A stretch of 64,000 bases of DNA from Bacteroidia bacterium. Lineage in GTDB: Bacteria; Bacteroidota; Bacteroidia; Bacteroidales; CAJPTX01. This document shows, piece by piece, positions 19,046 through 28,438 of the stretch. The stretch spans positions 163,998 through 227,997 of the forward strand of contig CAJPTC010000001.1 of the NCBI GenBank assembly GCA_905373475.1, in the 5' to 3' direction. Each line of letters opens with the position of its first letter. Position 1 is the first letter of the stretch. Under the pieces are notes generated by a model that was given only the letters and a program-made list of their open reading frames with translations, made no database searches and was not told where the DNA came from. A program made the translations under genes and the position numbers.

Positions 19046-22000
19046 ATGATGAAGCGAGGATTACTGTTCTTATTGTTCTTGTGCACTAGCATATTCCTCT
19101 TTGCGCAAGAACCAGTTCGTTTCGGCGACCGTGAGGTCTATCTTGAAGCGAATGTACGCCCCCAGAAGCGTGGGCAAAAAACGTCTAGCTTGGCGCTAGG
19201 AATACCTACGGGCGAAAGTCTCAACGTTCTCGTTCAGTTTGAACGGGGAACTATCCCTTATGCCAAACTCAGGCAGAAAGGTATTGAGCTGGGCGATTAC
19301 CTCGGCAATAACGCCTACTACGCCCAAGTAGCCCCAGGAAGCCGTCCGAGCGATTTTGTGGGTACGGGGCTTCGTGCTGTAGTGCCTATCCGTGGCGAGT
19401 GGAAGGTTGTAAACGGACTTTTGCAACAGGATATCCCCGAATGGGTGCGTGGAGGCAATAATCTGAAGATGAGCCTTTCATGGTTTGCAGGCGTGCGCTG
19501 GGAACAGATTCGTACCTATCTCGATGCGCAGGGGATTGTATATCATGCTGCGTCAGATGTTCTGCGCAATGTGGAGATCTCCGCTCCGCGCGAAGCCTTG
19601 CTTTCGTTAGCTGAGCTTGAGTGCGTAGCAGCCCTCCGTTGGATTGCGCCGCCTGCCGAGTTGCAGAACCGCGAAGGCGCTCGCCTGAGTGGTGCGCGTT
19701 TGCTGCAAATTCCGCTAGAACTCGGAGGACGCGGTCTGACAGGAAAAGGGGTACGCATCGGTATTTGGGATGCTAATGTGGCAGACCACGCCGATTATGG
19801 TACGCGGGTGCATCGGCAAGAATTTGAAATAAGTGGTACGACGCATGGCATGCATACCACGGGCACGATAGTAGGAAGCGGACTTCTGGACGAACGCGGT
19901 AAGGGTATGGCTACGGAGGCTGAGATATGGACAAACAATTTTAATACGCAGTCTAACGGCAAGTCCGTTGCGCTAGAGATGTATGAGTCCTACTTGTCGC
20001 AACACATTACGCTTACCTCCAACTCCTACGGGTATCGTATGGAAAGTCTGTGTGGTTTAGACCGCTATTTTAATTACACCTATATCGGCAATGAGAACGT
20101 AGACCGCCTCTCCAGTTGGTTCCCAGATATGACGCATGTTTTCTCGGCAGGAAATTCGCAAGGGGCTTGTAATAAGCCATTTTCTCATGCTACAAACTAT
20201 GCCAAGAATATTATCTCGGTGGCTGCGGTAGATGCTTTCGGTGAAATGACCGATTTTTCCAGCTTTGGTCCACTGTTAGACGGTCGTATATTCCCAATTA
20301 TCAGCGCGCGTGGCAAGGCGGTATACTCTACAGTTGCCAATCAGCAGTATGCTACCATGGATGGTACATCTATGGCGTGTCCGATGGTTACGGGGCATTT
20401 GGCGCTCCTCACGCAGCGTTGGATGCAACTGCACGGCGGCGCTGCTCCGCACAACTACCTTTTGAAAGCGTTGGTGGCTAACACGGCCAACGATGCAGGT
20501 AATCCAGGGCCAGACTACAAGTATGGCTTCGGGATACTCGATGCCGAGGCTGCTATCAAGGCAATGGAGAGTGGTTGGTATAAAATGGGTATTTTCCCAC
20601 AAGGAGGCGAGGCACAGACCACCACTATACAAGTGCCCGCGGGAGTGCAAGAGCTACGTGTAATGCTTTGCTGGAGCGATCCTGTAGCTACCAAAGAATA
20701 TGCAACGGGAGAGTGCCCATTAGTAAACGACCTTGATTTAACGCTGCTTGGCAGTGGTAAAACGTACTTGCCGTTCACGCTAGATCCCTCCAATCCGTCT
20801 GCCAATGCCACTACTAGTCTGCCCAATAAGGTGGATAACATAGAGCAAGTGGTTATAAAAACGCCTCAGGCAGGGGAGTATACAATTCGTGTGGCTGGGC
20901 TTGTAAGGCAAGAAACTGAGCAGCGCTATGCGGTGGTTTGGTACTTTGATGAGCAAAAACCTGAAATAGTATCTCCCACGGTGGACGATATTTATGCACC
21001 GAACGAAGCGTTGTATTTCCGTGCCAAGAACCTTGCAGGCGAGGTACAAGTGTCGTTGTCGGTTGATGGCGGTAAATCGTACATTCAGTTAGGGCAGTAT
21101 GCTACCTGTTCGTCTATAAAGCTTCCTGCTGAAGTTCTGCCGACCGATAAGGCTATGCTTCGTGCGATAGATGAAAATGGGGTAGTTGTAACGATGCGAG
21201 AGCATTTTGCTATAATGCCTCAAGTGCAGAAATTGCGACTAGAAGATGCGAGCTGTTCTACCACAGGGTGGAAACTCATTTGGGAGGCTTGTACAGGCGC
21301 TGCTAAGTATGAGATTCTGCGTGCAGACGTTGCCCAAGGTAGCTACCAGAAGGTGGGCGAGGTTGTAGCCCCATCTACAGAATTTGTAATTCCTCCTGAT
21401 GCGATAGTAGCGGGCGAACGCAATATCTATGCCGTGCAGGCGGTGAGTGCTGAGGGGGTAAAAGGAAAGCGGAGTGTGGCAGTTGTTTCCGCTAGGGTAC
21501 TTCCTACAATTCTAACGATGAATGATTTACCCTTCCTCGAATCGTTTGTTGGTACGCCTACCTCGCATACAGAACTGATATCGGGCGAAAATCTGAAAAA
21601 TCAGATGAAAGATGCCCCAGTCGAACTGCAATTGCCCTTTATGTCGCATGTTGCGGAGTGGCGTGTAGAAAAGAGTGCAACGGACTGGAGTGCTCCGTTT
21701 GCGCAGCGTGAGAATGTGGCTACTGCCAATGTATGTGCTTTGGATTTGAAGAAATTGGAGGCTGGCACGAAATTGCAGCTCTCGACACTTGTGGCGATGC
21801 AGAGCATTTCAGAGCCGAGCGGTGTCCTGTTGCGTTTGTTGGTTAATGGCGAAGAGGTTGCAGATGTGCTAGATAGGTCGCAAATATCGGGCGATGGCTA
21901 CGAACATCTTCTTACCTGGGATTTGACAAAGTTTGCAGGGCAAGAGATTCGCTTGAGTTTAGAGTCTGCACTACAAGAAAAGGGGGCTACGTTAAGTCTA

Positions 22001-25000
22001 TTTTACTTCCGCATTTTTGCTAGCACTACGCAGTCCGACGTGAGAGTTGGTTGGGTAAATAACCCAGAGCTTGCGGCGAAAACCAACATGAAGGAGGAGG
22101 CAATTACTTTCTCCGTGGCGAACAATTCCTCTGTTGAGTTGAAAGACGTTCCTGTTAGCGTACAAGTGGATGGTAAAGTGGCTTATGCAACGACCATCGC
22201 GGTGCTGAAATCGTTTGAAGACAGAGTCTTTTCTGTTCCCTACAACTTCTATAGCGCAGAGGCACATAAATTTAAGGTAGAGGTTCGTGCTGAGGTTGCT
22301 AATGATTCTAACGTTGAAAACAACGCAGCCGCCTTTGAGGTTTATAACATGGGCGAAGCCTTGGCAATGCCCGAACTAAGCTATATTGACTTTTTAGGCG
22401 CTCCGTTCCCTAGTATTCCTCACATTACAACGAAAGTAAAAGGAGCAATAGCTTTTGTAGATGGGCGGGGGGCTCTGGAGCACTACAAAGCGGGCGAACA
22501 TGCGGTGCTGCATGTAATGCCGAATGATCCGAGAAACGCCCTACAGGTTACGTTTAAGGAAATCTCTTTAGCACGAGCCGATACGCTTTTTGTCTTTACT
22601 AACGACGTCCCGACCGACCTGTATATGGTACGGCGACGCGATGCAACAACCTACATTACGGGGGCAGAGAAGCAGTCGCAGGTGATGCTATCCGAAGCGG
22701 CTGACGGTGGTTTAACCTTCTACTTCTATTGTGGCGATGGAATGCCAGGTGAGGGGTGGCTTGCAGAGGTGGCAGAGGTTGCACTCCCCAACCGTTGGAA
22801 AGCAGTGCGTATGGAGGAGATAGAGGGTACAGATGCCGTACATAGGAAGTTGCAAATAGTTGCCGAGAACGCTCTGCCCGTGCCTCAATACAATGTAGGG
22901 CTTTGGGTAACGCGCGATGGTGTTCGTAAACGGCTCGTGATCCCCGTTTTAGCTCCGAAGGGGACGCAGACCACTGTGTTGTATCCTGATGAGATAGATA
23001 TTACGGCGCCTATGCGTACCGAGTTTGTGGCAGAACTAGAACGTGACGGCGATTTGAGCGATAACCAATGTGAATACGTCGTGCAACGCGATGAAATTTG
23101 GAACGGTGGCGGTACGATAAAAACGCCAGATGCTCTTTACGTGGCGCAAATCTATGTGGCAGGAACTGGCGACACACTCCGTTTGCCTGCACACAAGCGA
23201 ATTACGTATATGCCTTCCACCAAGGTGCAACTCTACACGCAGAGCAAGAATGCGTTACGCTTTATGCTGTCTGCAAAGCCAACTGCAGAACAGGCGGGAG
23301 CTAAAATACGTCTTTGGGTAGATACCAATGGAGATGGCATGTTGCAGGATCAAGAGCCTGAACTAACCTCTGTTGTTTTAGCAGAAGGCGTGCAAGAGTA
23401 CTGGCTTACAATGGATTATGCGAGCGCTACGGGTGTTGTGGAAGGGGCGCACCGTATGCGTGTACTCCTTGCCGATGACGCCAATTATGCGGCGTTTAAG
23501 GCGAGCCAAGAGATTGCGTGGGGGAGCGCTGCCGATTTTACCGCTGAGCTGAAACACGCTGCACGACCTATAGAATGCGAGGTAGCGCTACTTTCGTTAG
23601 AAAACGTGAAGTCGGGACGCAACCTTACGGCTACCACGCCTATTAGCGTAAAGCTAAGAAACAATGGGCTTACCCTGTTGCAAAAAGTAAAACTATCCTA
23701 CCAAGTAGATGCTGGTGCTGTGGTTACAGAGGAGCTCGATTGTTCGATAGCGCCTCAGGGTGGCGAGGCTGTTGTGAATTTCAGTGCGCCTGCCAATTTG
23801 GGGAACGTAGGAAAATATAAGCTTACGGTGAAGCTCGCACAAGAGGATGTCTACAAGCAGGACAATGAGCTTGAGACCGTACTCTACCACATTGCGCCAA
23901 AGAATACAGATAAGCTGTTCACGCTAAATTTTGAAGGAGATGTGGCAGAAGAGATTCAACTGCCTGAGGTAGCCGAGGCAATAGACGATAAAGTAACGCT
24001 CGAAGGATGGTGGAAATTGGATGATGCGCGCGGTGCTCAGTATGTTAGAGGCGATGCCATTGTACTCCTCTCGGTGGTTGGCAACAGGTACTTGCCCGAC
24101 AACACGTTGGCATTGGTACTAGGGCGACAGTGCGAATTTACAAGTGCGCAGCCAGTGGTAAAACCTGGGCAGTGGCAGCATATAGCCATTACATTGTCTA
24201 AAGCGTATGGTCAAACCACTATGAAAGCGTGGGTAGACGGCGAGAGCGTAGAAATGAAACGCAACGGTGTGGCAGCATTCTCATTACGCGGTCTTTCGCT
24301 TAATAGCCTATTGAAGGGTGCAAATGCGATGTTTCGCGTATGGAATACGCTGCGCACAGAGGCAGAGATTCAGACCCATAGTCAGCGGAGTGTGCGAGAT
24401 GGGAGCGGCGTATTGCCCCCCGAGTGTGTTGGAGAGTATATCTTTACAGAGGGTACAGGGCTTGCTTCGGCGTATACCGACGATAAGTTGGCAATAATAG
24501 CATCGGAGCGCAGTAATGTTTGGCAACCCATGACAAAGGTTGTAACGCGCGTTGCGGCAGAAGGCGAACTCATCCCAGCACAATACCTCGAGGACGACAT
24601 GGTACTACTGACCATGCCGCAGAGTTTTACCGATTTTGCTCACGTCAAACTCCAGTTTGTTCGCGATTGGGTGGGGACAAAGGTATTCTTCAATAGTGCA
24701 GAGATAACCGCGGAACAGACATTTGATTTTACTGCCAATGCAGAGCATACGCTCCTCTTTACGGCAGAAAAGCAAGACCTTTTCGGGGTAAACCTAGTAC
24801 AGTCGTTAAAAGTGAAAGTAGTGAACGATCTGTCCGATGCATGCTCTATTACAAAGATTTCGTTGCCAAAGGCAAAGAATCCTGGATTGAAAGATGATGT
24901 AGCAATACTTTCCCCTGCTGAAATGCTTGTACTCCCCGCACGGGAGATGTCGGCAAATGCATTAGATGCACAGCATATTACGGTGGTAGTAAATGAGATC

Positions 25001-28000
25001 TCGCCCGCGGCAAAATTGTACGTAGGCGAAACGGAGATGCAGGTTGGAGCGGATATTACGCTAGATTTAAGTAGCCCGAAGTTACTGCGCGTAGTGGCTG
25101 CTAACCAGCGCGATACCAAGTTATATACGGTGCAGCTGGCAGTGCCGCAAGAAATACAATGGACGCAAGAGAAGCTAACGCGACAATTTACGTCTGAAAG
25201 TCTGCAACTCGACGCAGTGGCTTCCTCGGGGCTTTCGGTAGCATATCGCAGTCTAGATCCCTCGGTGGCTACGGTAGATGCACAAGGGCGTTTAGTTACC
25301 ACCTCGGTGGGGAAAACGAAGATTGTGGCAACGCAGACGGGAAATACTAAGTATGCGGCTGCTCAGACGATAGAACGCGAAATAGAGGTAACACGTGCCC
25401 CATTGACCATAAAGATGCTCGATGCAACGATGGGCATGGGTGATAAACTCCCCGAATTTGCCTTTACCTACGAGGGGTTGCAATTTGAGGACATAGAGCA
25501 TCTGTTCCAAACGGTTTATGAGGTAAAAACACCTCATGGGAGTACGTGGGATGAAACGATGCCTCCGCTAGCACCAGGAGAATATCAGGTAGTTCCGAAG
25601 GGATATACAGAACCTTACTCCTTCAACAATTACATGGTAACGCGCACCAATGGGCGTCTGGTTGTAACAGCTCCTGCTAAAGCAAAAGCGGTAACGTTTA
25701 CTGCACGTGATGAGCAAGGAGAACTCCTAGAAGGCGTTGCCGTGCAATGTGGTACACAAACGGCGACAACGAACGCTGAGGGTAGTGTGGTGTTCTATTT
25801 ACCACAGGGTGAATATACGGCGCAAGCAACCAAGGAGGGGTATACACCTGCCGAGCAATCGTTCAGAGTGCGTGGGCGTGCCTTGCAGTTTGAGTTACGT
25901 TTGCTCAAGCGCGTACATACGCTGACGTATAAAACAGATGCACACGGTCTGTTACAAGGCGCTGCAACCCAGACAGTGGCAGACGGACAAGATGGAGAAA
26001 TGGTTGTGGCAGTCCCTGCAGATTTGCGTCATCGTTTCAAACAGTGGTCTGACGGTCTCACTGCAGCTGCTCGTACGGAAAAAGCTGTACACGGCAATCA
26101 CGAGTTCACGGCTGAATTTGAACCCCTTACCTACAAAGTGACCTACTTGGTAGGGAAAGGCGGCACGAAGGTAGCAGGGACGTTTGAACAAGTGATACAT
26201 CCTGGCGAAGATACCGAGCAGGTAGAGGTGAATGCCGAAGAGGGCTACGTATTTATTGGGTGGTCTGATGGTGTGAAAACACTCCGACGGAAAGATGAGA
26301 AGGTGACGACGGATCTGGTCGTAGAAGCGCTCTTCTTCAAGGCACATCTGCTAACATGGAACGAAGACTTTGAGATGGGCGAAGAGAACCTCCATTATTG
26401 GAACTTTGAGACTCCAGAAGAGGGGAGTGGCTGGCTCTATTTTGAGAGGAGTAAACTCCGTATTGATCCGCCACTGTCGGGAGGCTATGTGCTGATGATA
26501 GACCCGTTCTATGGCGATATTATACCTTCCTACAACAATTGCGGAGTGGCTACGCCATGGCTATCGGTGGCAAATCGTGCCTCAGGTACGAATGTAACCC
26601 TAACTTTTGTGCGTTATTTCAATCAGTTTGAGTCCACAGATGAGGTAAAAGTGCAGTACTGCTTTGAGGATGAAAATTGGTTGGATGCTGCCACAGTATC
26701 TGCGGGAATAGACGGGGCTACTGAAACCGTAGTGCTTACCGATGCAATACTTGGCACGCATAAGTACTTGCGTTTCCGTTGGGGCTACTCCAATACATCG
26801 TTTTTTGGCTTCTTTGCTCTTGATGATGTGAAAGTGCACTATGCGCCTGTGCCGACAGATGTGACGCTACGTTATATTGCGGGCGAGAATGGGAAAATAC
26901 GTAAAGAGGGCAGCGAGGAGCTATTCTCTACCTTAGAATTGAGTACGAATGCGGGAATGCTAGGTACAAAGGTTGTAGCTGTGCCCGATGAGGGCTATAT
27001 ATTTGAACGCTGGTCGGACGATAAAACGACTGAAGCTGAGCGCCAAGATGATGCCGAAGTTACGGTAAAAGCCTTGTTCAAGCGCGCTCCCAAAACAATG
27101 TACACCGTGGGCTACAAGGCAAAAGAACATGGAACGCTTAGTGGCATTACCTATCAGCTAGTGGCAGCAGGCGAGGCAAGTTTACCTGTTAATGCCGTGG
27201 CAGATGCTGGGTACAAATTCTCGCAATGGTCGGATGGTTCGCGTATGAATCCGCGAGTTGACATAGTGTCTGAAGATGGTAAGATCTACGAGGCTGAATT
27301 TGTAGAAACGAAGCCAGTCTATACGCTGACCTATGTGGCGGGTGAAAACGGCGAGATAGCGGGCGTTTTGCAGCAAGAGGTAGAGCGTGGTGCAGATGGT
27401 GCGGAAGTAGAGGCTTTGCCCGACGATGGGTATCGTTTTGTACAATGGAGTGACGGCGTGAAAACACCAAAACGTACCGAACGAAATGTGCAAGAAAGCA
27501 AGACGTACATGGCTCGTTTTGAAGCCATCCCGACTTATACGATTTCTCTTGCTAAAGAGGGCGAAGGCGAGTTGATCCTAGCAGGCATTGAGGCAGATAA
27601 ACTGAATGCAGTGCCCGAAGGTACAGAACTCACGGCAGTGGCAACACCTGCCACGGGTTGGAAGCTGAAGAGCTTAACAGCAGGCGATAAGAATATTGCT
27701 GCTGACGGTAAGTTCGTTGTAACAGCAAATGTTGAAGTTAAGGCCGTGTTTGAAAAAACTACTGCTGTTGAGGACGCAATATTTGCGAATGTACTGGTAG
27801 CGCCGAATCCGTTTATCGCACAGCTTCGTCTGGTATGCAACGGTGCAACAGGTCGTTATGACTTACTCAATGCACAGGGTGTAGTAGTACGCAGTGGCAA
27901 CATGGATGGCAATGAGGTAATGATTGAGACCACCGATCTTACTTCGGGTCTCTATCTCTTGCGTCTCACGGCTACGAACGGTGCAACGAAGGTTGTAACG

Positions 28001-28015
28001 GTGGTAAAAGAATAA
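19046..28015 (+). CDS. Giant secreted S8 (subtilisin-family) serine peptidase with adhesin-like domain train and T9SS C-terminal sorting domain (S8-1)
   Basis: 2989-aa uninterrupted ORF with a signal peptide (LLFLLFLCTSIFLFAQ). S8 triad: D242 (GIWD, nt 19769), H267 (THGMHTTG), S442 (DGTSMACP, nt 20369), plus oxyanion SAGN. A P-domain-like sandwich follows (LCWSDP...NDLDL...DNIEQV). Downstream I recognise Fn3-like, CARDB-like, GEVED-like, LamG-like, Big_2 (SLDPSVATVDAQG), MBG, CarboxypepD_reg-like, several InlB-B/Listeria-Bacteroides repeats (GYxFxxWSDG) and a choice-of-anchor-J/MAM-like module. T9SS CTD at 27797-28012 (VAPNPF...DLTSGLYLLRL). Confidence 0.9.
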   Translation: MMKRGLLFLLFLCTSIFLFAQEPVRFGDREVYLEANVRPQKRGQKTSSLALGIPTGESLNVLVQFERGTIPYAKLRQKGIELGDYLGNNAYYAQVAPGSRPSDFVGTGLRAVVPIRGEWKVVNGLLQQDIPEWVRGGNNLKMSLSWFAGVRWEQIRTYLDAQGIVYHAASDVLRNVEISAPREALLSLAELECVAALRWIAPPAELQNREGARLSGARLLQIPLELGGRGLTGKGVRIGIWDANVADHADYGTRVHRQEFEISGTTHGMHTTGTIVGSGLLDERGKGMATEAEIWTNNFNTQSNGKSVALEMYESYLSQHITLTSNSYGYRMESLCGLDRYFNYTYIGNENVDRLSSWFPDMTHVFSAGNSQGACNKPFSHATNYAKNIISVAAVDAFGEMTDFSSFGPLLDGRIFPIISARGKAVYSTVANQQYATMDGTSMACPMVTGHLALLTQRWMQLHGGAAPHNYLLKALVANTANDAGNPGPDYKYGFGILDAEAAIKAMESGWYKMGIFPQGGEAQTTTIQVPAGVQELRVMLCWSDPVATKEYATGECPLVNDLDLTLLGSGKTYLPFTLDPSNPSANATTSLPNKVDNIEQVVIKTPQAGEYTIRVAGLVRQETEQRYAVVWYFDEQKPEIVSPTVDDIYAPNEALYFRAKNLAGEVQVSLSVDGGKSYIQLGQYATCSSIKLPAEVLPTDKAMLRAIDENGVVVTMREHFAIMPQVQKLRLEDASCSTTGWKLIWEACTGAAKYEILRADVAQGSYQKVGEVVAPSTEFVIPPDAIVAGERNIYAVQAVSAEGVKGKRSVAVVSARVLPTILTMNDLPFLESFVGTPTSHTELISGENLKNQMKDAPVELQLPFMSHVAEWRVEKSATDWSAPFAQRENVATANVCALDLKKLEAGTKLQLSTLVAMQSISEPSGVLLRLLVNGEEVADVLDRSQISGDGYEHLLTWDLTKFAGQEIRLSLESALQEKGATLSLFYFRIFASTTQSDVRVGWVNNPELAAKTNMKEEAITFSVANNSSVELKDVPVSVQVDGKVAYATTIAVLKSFEDRVFSVPYNFYSAEAHKFKVEVRAEVANDSNVENNAAAFEVYNMGEALAMPELSYIDFLGAPFPSIPHITTKVKGAIAFVDGRGALEHYKAGEHAVLHVMPNDPRNALQVTFKEISLARADTLFVFTNDVPTDLYMVRRRDATTYITGAEKQSQVMLSEAADGGLTFYFYCGDGMPGEGWLAEVAEVALPNRWKAVRMEEIEGTDAVHRKLQIVAENALPVPQYNVGLWVTRDGVRKRLVIPVLAPKGTQTTVLYPDEIDITAPMRTEFVAELERDGDLSDNQCEYVVQRDEIWNGGGTIKTPDALYVAQIYVAGTGDTLRLPAHKRITYMPSTKVQLYTQSKNALRFMLSAKPTAEQAGAKIRLWVDTNGDGMLQDQEPELTSVVLAEGVQEYWLTMDYASATGVVEGAHRMRVLLADDANYAAFKASQEIAWGSAADFTAELKHAARPIECEVALLSLENVKSGRNLTATTPISVKLRNNGLTLLQKVKLSYQVDAGAVVTEELDCSIAPQGGEAVVNFSAPANLGNVGKYKLTVKLAQEDVYKQDNELETVLYHIAPKNTDKLFTLNFEGDVAEEIQLPEVAEAIDDKVTLEGWWKLDDARGAQYVRGDAIVLLSVVGNRYLPDNTLALVLGRQCEFTSAQPVVKPGQWQHIAITLSKAYGQTTMKAWVDGESVEMKRNGVAAFSLRGLSLNSLLKGANAMFRVWNTLRTEAEIQTHSQRSVRDGSGVLPPECVGEYIFTEGTGLASAYTDDKLAIIASERSNVWQPMTKVVTRVAAEGELIPAQYLEDDMVLLTMPQSFTDFAHVKLQFVRDWVGTKVFFNSAEITAEQTFDFTANAEHTLLFTAEKQDLFGVNLVQSLKVKVVNDLSDACSITKISLPKAKNPGLKDDVAILSPAEMLVLPAREMSANALDAQHITVVVNEISPAAKLYVGETEMQVGADITLDLSSPKLLRVVAANQRDTKLYTVQLAVPQEIQWTQEKLTRQFTSESLQLDAVASSGLSVAYRSLDPSVATVDAQGRLVTTSVGKTKIVATQTGNTKYAAAQTIEREIEVTRAPLTIKMLDATMGMGDKLPEFAFTYEGLQFEDIEHLFQTVYEVKTPHGSTWDETMPPLAPGEYQVVPKGYTEPYSFNNYMVTRTNGRLVVTAPAKAKAVTFTARDEQGELLEGVAVQCGTQTATTNAEGSVVFYLPQGEYTAQATKEGYTPAEQSFRVRGRALQFELRLLKRVHTLTYKTDAHGLLQGAATQTVADGQDGEMVVAVPADLRHRFKQWSDGLTAAARTEKAVHGNHEFTAEFEPLTYKVTYLVGKGGTKVAGTFEQVIHPGEDTEQVEVNAEEGYVFIGWSDGVKTLRRKDEKVTTDLVVEALFFKAHLLTWNEDFEMGEENLHYWNFETPEEGSGWLYFERSKLRIDPPLSGGYVLMIDPFYGDIIPSYNNCGVATPWLSVANRASGTNVTLTFVRYFNQFESTDEVKVQYCFEDENWLDAATVSAGIDGATETVVLTDAILGTHKYLRFRWGYSNTSFFGFFALDDVKVHYAPVPTDVTLRYIAGENGKIRKEGSEELFSTLELSTNAGMLGTKVVAVPDEGYIFERWSDDKTTEAERQDDAEVTVKALFKRAPKTMYTVGYKAKEHGTLSGITYQLVAAGEASLPVNAVADAGYKFSQWSDGSRMNPRVDIVSEDGKIYEAEFVETKPVYTLTYVAGENGEIAGVLQQEVERGADGAEVEALPDDGYRFVQWSDGVKTPKRTERNVQESKTYMARFEAIPTYTISLAKEGEGELILAGIEADKLNAVPEGTELTAVATPATGWKLKSLTAGDKNIAADGKFVVTANVEVKAVFEKTTAVEDAIFANVLVAPNPFIAQLRLVCNGATGRYDLLNAQGVVVRSGNMDGNEVMIETTDLTSGLYLLRLTATNGATKVVTVVKE

Positions 28016-28141
28016 GACACTAAGGGCGGATCGTGTACCCGCTCTTACCCCAATTTGGGGAACGATAAATACGGACACTGCCTTTTGAAGTGACCCCAGA
28101 AAGTTTTTTTGTCCAACTTTTTGGGGTCACTTCATTCACAA

Positions 28142-28385
28142 GGTAATGTTTTTCGGTATGTTGTACCGAAATGGGCGAATCAGGTTTCGCCCCTACACGC
28201 CGGATGATCAATAGATTTTTGGTCTATATGTGGAAAATGTACAAAACGCATTTTTCTTGAGCCTGTCGTCGTAGGGGCGTTGCCCGTAACGCCCGAAAAA
28301 TGGAAAACAAACAAAAAAGTATTATGACGGATGTAGCAGGCTACGTCCCTACAGAAAAACAATGATTACCAAATCTGTATGGGTG
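28142..28385. repeat. Cluster C of the same hairpin-module family
   Basis: 28142-28230 matches 14476-14569 and 18750-18840. 28239-28297 matches 18841-18897. 28293-28385 matches 14236-14320. The modules are the same as in clusters A and B but in a different order. Confidence 0.85.
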
Positions 28386-28438
28386 AGGCGTGATTCGCCT
28401 AAAGATATACGGAAAATCAGTATACAGGGGACTCCCGT

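Noticed and set aside
24640-25302. Long antisense ORFs inside the giant S8 genes (for example 24640..25302, 37094..37774, 40315..40785, 20276..20841).
   Set aside because: They lie fully inside sense ORFs that have strong domain and motif support. Their translations are low-complexity and Ser/Thr/Ala/Arg-rich, with no recognisable motifs, as expected for antisense frames of long genes.
28090-28130. Inverted repeat GTGACCCCA-N23-TGGGGTCAC after S8-1 as its terminator.
   Set aside because: The 23-nt loop is large and no T-run follows, so it may simply be another repeat module. It is left uncalled.
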